Below the pieces are notes generated by a model. The model was given only the letters and a program-made list of their open reading frames with translations, had not been told where the DNA came from and did not search any database. This document shows positions 39,301-54,300 of a stretch of 64,000 nucleotides of DNA, in pieces. Made by a program: the position numbers and the translations under genes. The DNA is from the human T2T-CHM13v2.0 reference genome, Homo sapiens. The DNA is taken from NCBI RefSeq assembly GCF_009914755.1, contig NC_060935.1. One strand, written 5' to 3'. How positions within the stretch are numbered: position 1 is the first letter of the stretch; every line of letters starts with the position of its first letter.

Positions 39301-42300
39301 GCTGAACATTCCTTTAGATGGCGCAGTTTCCAAACACACTTTCTGTAGAATCTGCAAGTGGATATTTGGACCTCTCTGAGGATTTCGTTGGAAACGGGAT
39401 AAACTTCCCAGAGCTACACGGAAGCATTGTGAGAAACTTCTTTGTGATGTTTGCATTCAACTCACAGAGTTGAACCTTGCTTTCATAGTTCAGCTTTCAA
39501 ACACTCTTTTTGTAGAATCTGCAAGTGGATATTTGGACCACTTTGTGGGCTTCCTTCGAAACGGGTATATCTTCACATCAAACCTAGACAGAAGCATTCT
39601 CAGAATGTTTCCTGTGATGACTGCATTCAACTCACAGAGGTGAACAATCCTGCTGATGGAGCAGTTTTGAAACTCTCTTTCTTTGGATTCTGCAAGTGGA
39701 TATGTGGACCTCTGTGAAGATTTCGTTGGAAACGGGTTCATCTTCACAGAAAAACTAAACAGAAGCATTCTCAGAAACTGCTTTGTGATGTTTGTGTTCC
39801 ACTTCAGGAATTGAACTTTCCTCTTGACAGAGCAGCTCTGAAATCCTCTTATTCTAGAATCTGCAAGTGGACATTTGGAGGGCTTTGAGGCCTGTGGTGG
39901 AAAAGGAAAATCTTCACATAAAAACTAGATGGAAGCATTCTCAGAAACTACTTTGTGATGATTGCATTCAACTCACAGAGTTGAACATTCCTATAGATAG
40001 AGCAGGTTGTAAACAATCTTTTTGTAGAATCTGCGATTGGAGATTTGGACTGCTTTGAGGCCTACTGTAGTAAAGGAAATAACTTCATCTAAAAACCAAA
40101 CGGAAGCATTCACAGACAATTCTTAGTGATCATTGGGTTGAACTAACAGAGCTGAACATTCCTTTAGATGGAGCAGTTTCCAAACCCACTTTCTGTAGAA
40201 TCTGCAAGTGGATATTTGGACTTCTCTGAGGATTTCGTTGGAAACGGGATAAACTTCCCAGAACTACACGGAAGCATTGTGAGAAACTTCTTTGTGATGT
40301 TTGCATTCAACTCACAGAGTTGAACCTTGCTTTCATAGTTCAGCTTTCAAACACTCTTTTTGTAGAATCTGCAAGTGGATATTTGGACCACTTTGTGGCC
40401 TTCCTTCGAAACGGGTATATCTTCACATCAAACCTAGACAGAAGCATTCTCAGAATGTTTCCTGTGATGACTGCATTCAACTCACAGAGGTGAACAATCC
40501 TGCTGATGGAGCAGTTTTGAAACTCTCTTTCTTTGGATTCTGCAAGTTGATATGTGGACCTCTGTGAAGATTTCGTTTGAAATGGTTTCATCTTCACAGA
40601 AAAACTAAACAGAAGCATTCTCAGAAACTGCATTGTGATGTTTGTGTTCCACTTCAAGAATTGAACATTCCTCTTGACAGAGCAGCTCTGAAACCCTCTT
40701 TTTCTAGAATCTGCAAGTGGACATTTGGAGGGCTTTGAGGCCTGTGGTGGAAAAGGAAATCTTCACATAAAAACTAGATGGAAGCATTCTCAGAAACTAC
40801 TTTGTGATGATTGCATTCGACTCACAGAGTTGAACATTCCTATAGATAGAGCAGGTTGTAAACAATCTTTTTGTAGAATCTGCGATTGGAGATTTGGACT
40901 GCTTTGAGGCCTACTGTAGTAAAGGAAAGAACTTCATCTAAAAACCAAACGGAAGCATTCACAGACAATTCTTAGTGATCATTGCATTGAACTAACAGAG
41001 CTGAACATTCCTTTAGATGGCGCAGTTTCCAAACACACTTTCTGTAGAATCTGCAAGTGGATGTTTGGACCTCTCTGAGGATTTCGTTGGAAACGGGATA
41101 AACTTCCCAGAACTACACGGAAGCATTCTGAGAAACTTCTTTGTGATGTTTGCATTCAACTCACAGAGTTGAACCTTGCTTTCATTGTTCAGCTTTCAAA
41201 CACTCTTTTTGTAGAATCTGCAAGTGGATATTTGGACCACTTTGTGGCCTTCCTTCGAAACGGGTATATCTTCACATCAAACCTAGACAGAAGCATTCTC
41301 AGAATGTTTCCTGAGATGACTGCATTCAACTCACAGAGGTGAACAATCCTGCTGATGGAGCAGTTTTGAAACTCTCTTTCTTTGGATTCTGCAAGTGGAT
41401 ATGTGGACCTCTGTGAAGATTTCGTTGGAAACGGGTTCATCTTCACAGAAAAACTAAACAGAAGCATTCTCAGAAACTGCTTTGTCATGTTTGTGTTCCA
41501 CTTCAGGAATTGAACTTTCCTCTTGACAGAGCAGCTCTGTAACCCTCTTATTCTAGAATCTGCAAGTGGACATTTGGAGGGCTTTGAGGCCTGTGGTGGA
41601 AAAGGAAAATCTTCACATAAAAACTAGATGGAAGCATTCTCAGAGACTACTTTGTGATGATTGCATTCGACTCACAGAGTTGAACATTCCTATAGATAGA
41701 GCAGGTTGTAAACAATCTTTTTGTAGAATCTGCGATTGGAGATTTGGACTGCTTTGAGGCCTACTGTAGTAAAGGAAATAACTTCATTTAAAAACCAAAC
41801 GGAACCATTCACAGACAATTCTTAGTGATCATTCCATTGAACTAACAGAGCTGAACATTCCTTTAGATGGAGCAGTTTCCAAACCCACTTTCTGTAGAAT
41901 CTGCAAGTGGATATTTGGACTTCTCTGAGAATTTCGTTGGAAACGGGATAAACTTCCCAGAACTACACGGAAGCATTGTGAGAAACTTCTTTGTGATGTT
42001 TGCATTCAACTCACAGAGTTGAACCTTGCTTTCATAGTTCAGCTTTCAAACACTCTTTTTGTAGAATCTGCAAGTGGATATTTGGACCACTTTGTGGCAT
42101 TCCTTCGAAACGGGTATATCTTCACATCAAACCTAGACAGAAGCATTCTCAGAATGTTTCCTGTGATGACTGCATTCAACTCACAGAGGTGAACAATCCT
42201 GTTGATGGAGCAGTTTTGAAACTCTCTTTCTTTGGATTCTGCAAGTGGATATGTGGACCTCTGTGAAGATTTCGTTGGAAACGGGTTCATCTTCACAGAA

Positions 42301-45300
42301 AAACTAAACAGAAGCATTCTCAGAAACTGCTTTGTGATGTTTGTGTTCCACTTCAAGAATTGAACTTTCCTCTTGACAGAGCAGCTCTGAAACCCTCTTT
42401 TTCTAGAATCTGCAAGTGGACATTTGGAGGGCTTTGAGGCCTGTGGTGGAAAAGGAAAATCTTCACATAAAAACTAGATGGAAGCATTCTCAGAAACTAC
42501 TTTGTGATGATTGCATTCGACTCACAGAGTTGAACATTCCTATAGATAGAGCAGGTTGTAAACAATCTTTTTGTAGAATCTGTGATTGGAGATTTTGACT
42601 GCTTTGAGGCCTAGTGTAGTAAAGGAAATAACTTCATCTAAAAACCAAACGGAAGCATTCACAGACAATTCTTAGTGATCATTGCATTGAACTAACAGAG
42701 CTGAACATTCCTTTAGATGGCGCAGTTTCCAAACACACTTTCTGTAGAATCTGCAAGTGGATATTTGGACCTCTCTGAGGATTTCGTTGGAAACGGGATA
42801 AACTTCCCAGAACTACACGGAAGCATTCTGAGAAACTTCTTTGTGATGTTTGCATTCAACTCACAGAGTTGAACCTTGCTTTCATAGTTCAACTTTCAAA
42901 CACTCTTTTTGTAGAATCTGCAAGTGGATATTTGGACCACTTTGTGGCCTTCCTTCGAAACGGGTATATCTTCACATCAAACCTAGACAGAAGCATTCTC
43001 AGAATGTTTCCTGTGATGACTGCATTCAACTCACAGAGGTGAACAATCCTGCTGATGGAGCAGTTTTGAAACTCTCTTTCTTTGGATTCTGCAAGTGGAT
43101 ATGTGGACCTCTGTGAAGATTTCGTTGGAAACGGGTTCATCTTCACAGAAAAACTAAACAGAAGCATTCTCAGAAACTGCTTTGTCATGTTTGTGTTCCA
43201 CTTCAGGAATTGAACTTTCCTCTTGACAGAGCAGCTCTGAAACCCTCTTATTCTAGAATCTGCAAGTGGACATTTGGAGGGCTTTGAGGCCTGTGGTGGA
43301 AAAGGAAAATCTTCACATAAAAACTAGATGGAAGCATTCTCAGAAACTACTTTGTGATGATTGCATTCGACTCACAGAGTTGAACATTCCTATAGATAGA
43401 GCAGGTTGTAAACAATCTTTTTGTAGAATCTGCGATTGGAGATTTGGACTGCTTTGAGGCCTACTGTAGTAAAGGAAATAACTTCATCTAAAAACCAAAC
43501 GGAAGCATTCACAGACAATTCTTAGTGATCATTGGATTGAACTAACAGAGCTGAACATTCCTTTAGATGGAGCAGTTTCCAAACACACTTTCTGTAGAAT
43601 CTGCAAGTGGATATTTGGACTTCTCTGAGGATTTCGTTGGAAACGGCATAAACTTCCCAGAACTACACGGAAGCATTCTCAGAAACTTCTTTGTGATGTT
43701 TGCATTCAACTCACAGAGTTGAACCTTGCTTTCATAGTTCAGCTTTCAAACACTCCTTTTGTAGAATCTGTAAGTGGATATTTGGACCACTTTGTGGCCT
43801 TCCTTCGAAACGGGTATATCTTCACATCAAACCTAGACAGAAGCATTCGCAGAATGTTTCCTGTGATGACTGCATTCAACTCACAGAGGTGAACAATCCT
43901 GCTGATGGAGCAGTTTTGAAACTCTCTTTCTTTGGATTCTGCAAGTGGATATGTGGACCTCTGTGAAGATTTCGTTGGAAACGGGTTCATCTTCACAGAA
44001 AAACTAAACAGAAGCATTCTCAGAAACTGCTTTGTTATGTTTGTGTTCCACTTCAAGAATTGAACTTTCCTCTTGACAGAGCAGCTCTGAAACCCTCTTA
44101 TTCTAGAATCTGCAAGTGGACATTTGGAGGGCTTTGAGGCCTGTGGTGGAAAAGGAAAATCTTCACATAAAAACTAGATGGAAGCATTCTCAGAAACTAC
44201 TTTGTGATGATTGCATTCGACTCACAGAGTTGAACATTCCTATAGATAGAGCAGGTTGTAAACAATCTTTTTGTAGAATCTGCGATTGGAAATTGGGACT
44301 GCTTTGAGGCCTACTGTAGTAAAGGAAATAACTTCATCTAAAAACCAAACGGAAGCATTCACAGACAATTCTTAGCGATCATTGGATTGAACTAACAGAG
44401 CTGAACATTCCTTTAGATGGCGCAGTTTCCAAACACACTTTATGTAGAATCTGCAAGTGGATATTTGGACCTCTCTGAGGATTTCGTTGGAAACGGGATA
44501 AACTTCCCAGAACTACACGGAAGCATTCTGAGAAACTTCTTTGTGATGTTTGCATTCAACTCACAGAGTTGAACCTTGCTTTCATAGTTCAGCTTTCAAA
44601 CACTCTTTTTGTAGAATCTGCAAGTGGATATTTGGACCACTTTGTGGCCTTCCTTCGAAACGGGTATATCTTCACATCAAACCTAGACAGAAGCATTCTC
44701 AGAATGTTTCCTGTGATGACTGCATTCAACTCACAGAGGTGAACAATCCTGCTGATGGAGCAGTTTTGAAACTCTCTTTCTTTGGATTCTGCAAGTGGAT
44801 ATGTAGACCTCTGTGAAGATTTCGTTGGAAACGGGTTCATCTTCACAGAAAAACTAAACAGAAGCATTCTCAGAAACTGCTTTGTGATGTTTGTGTTCCA
44901 CTTCAGGAATTGAACTTTCCTCTTGACAGAGCAGCTCTGAAACCCTCTTATTCTAGAATCTGCAAGTTGACATTTGGAGGGCTTTGAGGCCTGTGGTGGA
45001 AAAGGAAAATCTTCACATAAAAACTAGATGGAAGCATTCTCAGAACCTACTTTCTGATGATTGCATTCGACTCACAGAGTTGAACATTCCTATAGATAGA
45101 GCAGGTTGTAAACAATCTTTTTGTAGAATCTGCGATTGGAAATTTGGACTGCTTTGAGGTCTACTGTAGTAAAGGAAATAACTTCATCTAAAAACCAAAC
45201 GGAAGCATTCACAGACAATTCTTAGTGATCATTGGATTGAACTAACAGAGCTGAACATTCCTTTAGATGGCGCAGTTTCCAAACACACTTTCTGTAGAAT

Positions 45301-48300
45301 CTGCAAGTGGATATTTGGACCTCTCTGAGGATTTCGTTGGAAACGGGATAAACTTCCCAGAGCTACACGGAAGCATTGTGAGAAACTTCTTTGTGATGTT
45401 TGCATTCAACTCACAGAGTTGAACCTTGCTTTCATAGTTCAGCTTTCAAACACTCTTTTTGTAGAATCTGCAAGTGGATATTTGGACCACTTTGTGGGCT
45501 TCCTTCGAAACGGGTATATCTTCACATCAAACCTAGACAGAAGCATTCTCAGAATGTTTCCTGTGATGACTGCATTCAACTCACGGAGGTGAACAATCCT
45601 GCTGATGGAGCAGTTTTGAAACTCTCTTTCTTTGGATTCTGCAAGTGGATATGTGGACCTCTGTGAAGATTTCGTTGGAAACGGGTTCATCTTCACAGAA
45701 AAACTAAACAGAAGCATTCTCAGAAACTGCTTTGTGATGTTTGTGTTCCACTTCAGGAATTGAACTTTCCTCTTGACAGAGCAGCTCTGAAATCCTCTTA
45801 TTCTAGAATCTGCAAGTGGACATTTGGAGGGCTTTGAGTTCTGTGGTGGAAAAGGAAAATCTTCACATAAAAACTAGATGGAAGCATTCTCAGAAACTAC
45901 TTTGTGATGATTGCATTCGACTCACAGAGTTGAACATTCCTATAGATAGAGCAGGTTGTAAACAATCTTTTTGTAGAATCTGCGATTGGAGATTTGGACT
46001 GCTTTGAGGCCTACTGTAGTAAAGGAAATAACTTCATCTAAAAACAAAACAGAAGCATTCACAGACAATTCTTAGTGAGCATTGGATTGAACTAACAGAG
46101 CTGAACATGCCTTTAGATGGAGCAGTTTCCAAACACACTTTCTGTAGAATCTGCAAGTGGATATTTGGACTTCTCTGAGGATTTCGTTGGAAACGGGATA
46201 AACTTCCCAGAACTACACGGAAGCATTGTGAGAAACTTCTTTGTGATGTTTGCATTCAACTCACAGAGTTGAACCTTGCTTTCATAGTTCAGCTTTCAAA
46301 CACTCTTTTTGTAGAATCTGCAAGTGGATATTTGGACCACTTTGTGGCCTTCCTTCGAAACGGGTATATCTTCACATCAAACCTAGACAGAAGCATTCTC
46401 AGAATGTTTCCTGTGATGACTGCATTCAACTCACAGAGGTGAACAATCCTGCTGATGGAGCAGTTTTGAAACTCTCTTTCTTTGGATTCTGCAAGTGGAT
46501 ATGTGGACCTCTGTGAAGATTTCGTTGGAAACGGGTTCATCTTCACAGAAAAACTAAACAGAAGCATTCTCAGAAACTGCTTTGTTATGTTTGTGTTCCA
46601 CTTCAAGAATTGAACTTTCCTCTTGACAGAGCAGCTCTGAAACCCTCTTATTCTAGAATCTGCAGGTGGACATTTGGAGGGCTTTGAGGCCTGTGGTGGA
46701 AAAGGAAAATCTTCACATAAAAACTAGATGGAAGCATTCTCAGAAACTACTTTGTGATGATTGCATTCGACTCACAGAGTTGAACATTCCTATAGATAGA
46801 GCAGGTTGTAAACAATCTTTTTGTAGAATCTGCGATTGGAAATTGGGACTGCTTTGAGGCCTACTGTAGTAAAGGAAATAACTTCATCTAAAAACCAAAC
46901 GGAAGCATTCACAGACAATTCTTAGTGATCATTGGATTGAACTAACAGAGCTGAACATTCCTTTAGATGGCGCAGTTTCCAAACACACTTTCTGTAAAAT
47001 CTGCAAGTGGATATTTGGACCTCTCTGAGAATTTCGTTGGAAACGGGATAAACTTCCCAGAGCTACACGGAAGCATTGTGAGAAACTTCTTTGTGATGTT
47101 TGCATTCAACTCACAGAGTTGAACCTTGCTTTCATAGTTCAGCTTTCAAACACTCTTTTTGTAGAATCTGCAAGTGGATATTTGGACCACTTTGTGGGCT
47201 TCCTTCGAAACGGGTATATCTTCACATCAAACCTAGAAAGAAGCATTCTCAGAATGTTTCCTGTGATGACTGCGTTCAACTCACAGAGGTGAACAATCCT
47301 GCTGATGGAGCAGTTTTGAAACTCTCTTTCTTTGGATTCTGCAAGTGGATATGTGGACCTCTGTGAAGATTTCGTTGGAAACGGGTTCATCTTCACAGAA
47401 AAACTAAACAGAAGCATTCTCAGAAACTGCTTTGTTATGTTTGTGTTCCACTTCAAGAATTGAACTTTCCTCTTGACAGAGCAGCTCTGAAACCCTCTTA
47501 TTCTAGAATCTGCAGGTGGACATTTGGAGGGCTTTGAGGCCTGTGGTGGAAAAGGAAAATCTTCACATAAAAACTAGATGGAAGCATTCTCAGAAACTAC
47601 TTTGTGATGATTGCATTCGACTCACAGAGTTGAACATTCCTATAGATAGAGCAGGTTGTAAACAATCTTTTTGTAGAATCTGCGATTGGAAATTGGGACT
47701 GCTTTGAGGCCTACTGTAGTAAAGGAAATAACTTCATCTAAAAACCAAACGGAAGCATTCACAGACAATTCTTAGTGATCATTGGATTGAACTAACAGAG
47801 CTGAACATTCCTTTAGATGGCGCAGTTTCCAAACACACTTTCTGTAGAATCTGCAAGTGGATATTTGGACCTCTCTGAGGATTTCGTTGGAAACGGGATA
47901 AACTTCCCAGAGCTACACGGAAGCATTGTGAGAAACTTCTTTGTGATGTTTGCATTCAACTCACAGAGTTGAACCTTGCTTTCATAGTTCAGCTTTCAAA
48001 CACTCTTTTTGTAGAATCTCCAAGTGGATATTTGGACCACTTTGTGGGCTTCCTTCGAAACGGGTATATCTTCACATCAAACCTAGACAGAAGCATTCTC
48101 AGAATGTTTCCTGTGATGACTGCATTCAACTCACAGAGGTGAACAATCCTGCTGGTGGAGCAGTTTTGAAACTCTCTTTCTTTGGATTCTGCAAGTGGAT
48201 ATGTGGACCTCTGTGAAGATTTCGTTGGAAACGGGTTCATCTTCACAGAAAAACTAAACAGAAGCATTCTCAGAAACTGCTTTGTGATGTTTGTGTTCCA

Positions 48301-51300
48301 CTTCAGGAATTGAACTTTCCTCTTGACAGAGCAGCTCTGAAATCCTCTTATTCTAGAATCTGCAAGTGGACATTTGGAGGGCTTTGAGTTCTGTGGTGGA
48401 AAAGGAAAATCTTCACATAAAAACTAGATGGAAGCATTCTCAGAAACTACTTTGTGATGATTGCATTCGACTCACAGAGTTGAACATTCCTATAGATAGA
48501 GCAGGTTGTAAACAATCTTTTTGTAGAATCTGCGATTGGAGATTTGGACTACTTTGAGGCCTACTGTAGTAAAGGAAATAACTTCATCTAAAAACCAAAC
48601 GGACGCATTCACAGACAATTCTTAGTGATCATTGCATTGAACTAACAGAGCTGAACATTCCTTTAGATGGCGCAGTTTCCAAACACACTTTCTGTAGAAT
48701 CTGCAAGTGGATGTTTGGACCTCTCTGAGGATTTCGTTGGAAACGGGATAAACTTCCCAGAACTACACGGAAGCATTGTGAGAAACTTCTTTGTGATGTT
48801 TGCATTCAACTCACAGAGTTGAACCTTGCTTTCATAGTTCAGCTTTCAAACACTCTTTTTGTAGAATCTCCAAGTGGATATTTGGACCACTTTGTGGGCT
48901 TCCTTCGAAACGGGTATATCTTCACATCAAACCTAGACAGAAGCATTCTCAGAATGTTTCCTGTGATGACTGCATTCAACTCACAGAGGTGAACAATCCT
49001 GCTGGTGGAGCAGTTTTGAAACTCTCTTTCTTTGGATTCTGCAAGTGGATATGTGGACCTCTGTGAAGATTTCGTTGGAAACGGGTTCATCTTCACAGAA
49101 AAACTAAACAGAAGCATTCTCAGAAACTGCTTTGTGATGTTTGTGTTCCACTTCAGGAATTGAACTTTCCTCTTGACAGAGCAGCTCTGAAATCCTCTTA
49201 TTCTAGAATCTGCAAGTGGACATTTGGAGGGCTTTGAGGCCTGTGGTGGAAAAGGAAAATCTTCACATAAAAACTAGATGGAAGCATTCTCAGAAACTAC
49301 TTTGTGATGATTGCATTCGACTCACAGAGTTGAACATTCCTATAGATAGAGCAGGTTGTAAACAATCTTTTTGTAGAATCTGCGATTGGAAATTTGGACT
49401 GCTTTCAGGCCTACTGTAGTAAAGGAAATAACTTCATCTAAAAACCAAACGGAAGCATTCACAGACAATTCTTAGTGATCATTGGATTGAACTAACAGAG
49501 CTGAACATTCCTTTAGATGGCGCAGTTTCCAAACACACTTTCTGTAGAATCTGCAACTGGATATTTGGACCTCTCTGAGGATTTCGTTGGAAACGGGATA
49601 AACTTCCCAGAACTACACGGAAGCATTGTGAGAAACTTCTTTGTGATGTTTGCATTCAACTCACAGAGTTGAACCTTGCTTTCATAGTTCAGCTTTCAAA
49701 CACTCTTTTTGTAGAATCTGCAAGTGGATATTTGTACCACTTTGTGGCCTTCCTTCGAAACGGGTATATCTTCACATCAAACCTAGACAGAAGCATTCTC
49801 AGAATGTTTCCTGTGATGACTGAATTCAACTCACAGAGGTGAACAATCCTGCTGATGGAGCAGTTTTGAAACTCTCTTTCTTTGGATTCTGCAAGTGGAT
49901 ATGTGGACCTCTGTGAAGATTTCGTTGGAAAAGGGTTCATCTTCACAGAAAAACTAAACAGAAGCATTCTCAGAAACTGCTTTGTGATGTTTGTGTTCCA
50001 CTTCAGGAATTGAACTTTCCTCTTGACAGAGCAGCTCTGAAACCGTCTTATTCTAGAATCTGCAAGTGGACATTTGGAGGGCTTTGAGGCCTGTGGTGGA
50101 AAAGGAAAATCTTCACATAAAAACTAGATGGAAGCATTCTCAGAAACTACTTTGTGATGATTGCATTCGACTCACAGAGTTGAACATTCCTATAGATAGA
50201 GCAGGTTGTAAACAATCTTTTTGTAGAATCTGCGATTGGAGATTTGGACTGCTTTGAGGCCTACTGTAGTAAAGGAAATAACTTCATCTAAAAACCAAAC
50301 GGAAGCATTCACAGACAATTCTTAGTGATCATTGGATTGAACTAACAGAGCTGAAAATTCCTTTAGATGGCGCAGTTTCCAAACACACTTTCTGTAGAAT
50401 CTGCAACTGGATATTTGGACCTCTCTGAGGATTTCGTTGGAAACGGGATAAACTTCCCAGAACTACACGGAAGCATTCTGAGAAACTTCTTTGTGATGTT
50501 TGCATTCAACTCACAGAGTTGAACCTTGCTTTCATAGTTCAGCTTTCAAACACTCTTTTTGTAGAATCTGCAAGTGGATATTTCGACCACTTTGTGGCCT
50601 TCCTTCGAAACGGGTATATCTTCACATCAAACCTAGACAGAAGCATTCTCAGAATGTTTCCTGTGATGACTGCATTCAACTCACAGAGGTGAACAATCCT
50701 GCTGATGGAGCAGTTTTGAAACTCTCTTTCTTTGGATTCTGCAAGTGGATATGTGGACCTCTGTGAAGATTTCGTTGGAAACGGGTTCATCTTCACAGAA
50801 AAACTAAACAGAAGCATTCTCAGAAACTGCTTTGTCATGTTTGTGTTCCACTTCAGGAATCGAACTTTCCTCTTGACAGAGCAGCTCTGAAACCCTCTTA
50901 TTCTAGAATCTGCAAGTGGACATTTGGAGGGCTTTGAGGCCTGTGGTGGAAAAGGAAAATCTTCACATAAAAACTAGATGGAAGCATTCTCAGAACCTAC
51001 TTTGTGATGATTGCATTCGACTCACAGAGTTGAACATTCCTATAGATAGAGCAGGTTGTAAACAATCTTTTTGTAGAATCTGCGATTGGAAATTTGGACT
51101 GTTTTGAGGCCTACTGTAGTAAAGGAAATAACTTCATCTAAAAACCAAACGGAAGCATTCACAGACAATTCTTAGTGATCATTGGATTGAACTAACCGAG
51201 CTGAACATTCCTTTAGATGGCGCAGTTTCCAAACACACTTTCTGTAGAATCTGCAAGTGGATATTTGGACCTCTCTGAGCATTTCGTTGGAAACGGGATA

Positions 51301-54300
51301 AACTTCCCAGAACTACACGGAAGCATTGTGAGAAACTTCTTTGTGATGTTTGCATTCAACTCACAGAGTTGAACCTTGCTTTCATAGTTCAGCTTTCAAA
51401 CACTCTTTTTGTAGAATCTGCAAGTGGATATTTGGACCACTTTGTGGCCTTCCTTCTAAACGGGTATATCTTCACATCAAACCTAGACAGAAGCATTCTC
51501 AGAATGTTTCCTGTGATGACTGCATTCAACTCACAGAGGTGAACAATCCTGCTGATGGAGCAGTTTTGAAACTCTCTTTCTTTGGATTCTGCAAGTGGAT
51601 ATGTGGACCTCTGTGAAGATTTCGTTGGAAACGGGTTCATCTTCACAGAAAAACTAAACAGGAGCATTCTCAGAAACTGCTTTGTGATGTTTGTGTTCCA
51701 CTTCAGGAATTGAACTTTCCTCTTGACAGAGCAGCTCTGAAATCCTCTTATTCTAGAATCTGCAAGTGGACATTTGGAGGGCTTTGAGGCCTGTGGTGGA
51801 AAAGGAAAATCTTCACATAAAAACTAGATGGAAGCATTCTCAGAACCTACTTTGTGATGATTGCATTCGACTCACAGAGTTGAACATTCCTATAGATAGA
51901 GCAGGTTGTAAACAATCTTTTTGTAGAATCTGCGATTGGAGATTTGGACTGCTTTGAGGCCTACTGTAGTAAAGGAAATAACTTCATCTAAAAACCAAAC
52001 GGAAGCATTCACAGACAATTCTTAGTGATCATTGGATTGAACTAACAGAGCTGAACATTCCTTTAGATGGCGCAGTTTCCAAACACACTTTCTGTAGAAT
52101 CTGCAAGTGGATATTTGGACCTCTCTGAGGATTTCGTTGGAAACGGGATAAACTTCCCAGAACTACACGGAAGCATTCTGAGAAACTTCTTTGTGATGTT
52201 TGCATTCAACTCACAGAGTTGAACCTTGCTTTCATAGTTCAGCTTTCAAACACTCTTTTTGTAGAATCTGCAAGTGGATATTTGGACCACTTTGTGGCCT
52301 TCCTTCGAAACGGGTATATCTTCACATCAAACCTAGACAGAAGCATTCTCAGAATGTTTCCTGTGATGACTGCATTCAACTCACAGAGGTGAACAATCCT
52401 GCTGATGGAGCAGTTTTGAAACTCTCTTTCTTTGGATTCTGCAAGTGGATATGTGGACCTCTGTGAAGATTTCGTTGGAAACGGGTTCATCTTCACAGAA
52501 AAACTAAACAGAAGCATTCTCAGAAACTGCTTTGTTATGTTTGTGTTCCACTTCAAGAATTGAACTTTCCTCTTGACAGAGCAGCTCTGAAACCCTGTTA
52601 TTCTAGAATCTGCAAGTGGACATTTTGAGGGCTTTGAGGCCTGTGGTGGAAAAGGAAAATCTTCACATAAAAACTAGATGGAAGCATTCTCAGAAACTAC
52701 TTTGTGATGATTGCATTCGACTCACAGAGTTGAACATTCCTATAGATAGAGCAGGTTGTAAACAATCTTTTTGTAGAATCTGCGATTGGAGATTTGGACT
52801 GCTTTGAGGCCTACTGTAGTAAAGGAAATAACTTCATCTAAAAACCAAACGGAAGCATTCACAGACAATTCTTAGTGATCATTGGATTGAACTAACAGAG
52901 CTGAACATTCCTTTAGATGGCGCAGTTTCCAAACACACTTTCTGTAGAATCTGCAACTGGACATTTGGACCTCTCTGAGGATTTCGTTGGAAACGGGATA
53001 AACTTCCCAGAACTACACGGAAGCATTCTGAGAAACTTCTTTGTGATGTTTGCATTCAACTCACAGAGTTGAACCTTGCTTTCATAGTTCAGCTTTCAAA
53101 CACTCTTTTTGTAGAATCTGCAAGTGGATATTTGGACCACTTTGTGGCCTTCCTTCGAAACGGGTATATCTTCACATCAAACCTAGACAGAAGCATTCTC
53201 AGAATGTTTCCTGTGATGACTGCATTCAACTCACAGAGGTGAACAATCCTGTTGATGGAGCAGTTTTGAAACTCTCTTTCTTTGGATTCTGCAAGTGGAT
53301 ATGTGGACCTCTGTGAAGATTTCGTTGGAAACGGGTTCATCTTCACAGAAAAACTAAACAGAAGCATTCTCAGAAACTGCTTTGTCATGTTTGTGTTCCA
53401 CTTCAGGAATTGAACTTTCCTCTTGACAGAGCAGCTCTGAAACACTCTTATTCTAGAATCTGCAAGTTGACATTTGGAGGGCTTTGAGGCCTGTGGTGGA
53501 AAAGGAAAATCTTCACATAAAAACTAGATGGAAGCATTCTCAGAAACTACTTTGTGATGATTGCATTCGACTCACAGAGTTGAACATTCCTATAGATAGA
53601 GCAGGTTGTAAACAATCTTTTTGTAGAATCTGCGATTGGAAATTTGGACTGCTTTGAGGCCTACTGTAGTAAAGGAAATAACTTCATCTAAAAACCAAAC
53701 GGAAGCATTCACAGACAATTCTTAGTGATCATGGGATTGAACTAACAGAGCTGAACATTCCTTTAGATGGCGCAGTTTCCAAACACACTTTCTGTAGAAT
53801 CTGCAACTGGATATTTGGACCTCTCTGAGGATTTCGTTGGAAACGGGATAAACTTCCCAGAACTACACGGAAGCATTCTGAGAAACTTCTTTGTGATGTT
53901 TGCATTCAACTCACAGAGTTGAACCTTGCTTTCATAGTTCAGCTTTCAAACACTCTTTTTGTAGAATCTGCAAGTGGATATTTGGACCACTTTGTGGCCT
54001 TCCTTCGAAACGGGTATATCTTCACATCAAACCTAGACAGAAGCATTCTCAGAATGTTTCCTGTGATGACTGCATTCAACTCACAGAGGTGAACAATCCT
54101 GCTGATGGAGCAGTTTTGAAACTCTCTTTCTTTGGATTCTGCAAGTGGATATGTGGACCTCTGTGAAGATTTCGTTGGAAACGGGTTCATCTTCACAGAA
54201 AAACTAAACAGAAGCATTCTCAGAAACTGCTTTGTTATGTTTGTGTTCCACTTCAGGAATTGAACTTTCCTCTTGACAGAGCAGCTCTGAAATCCTCTTA

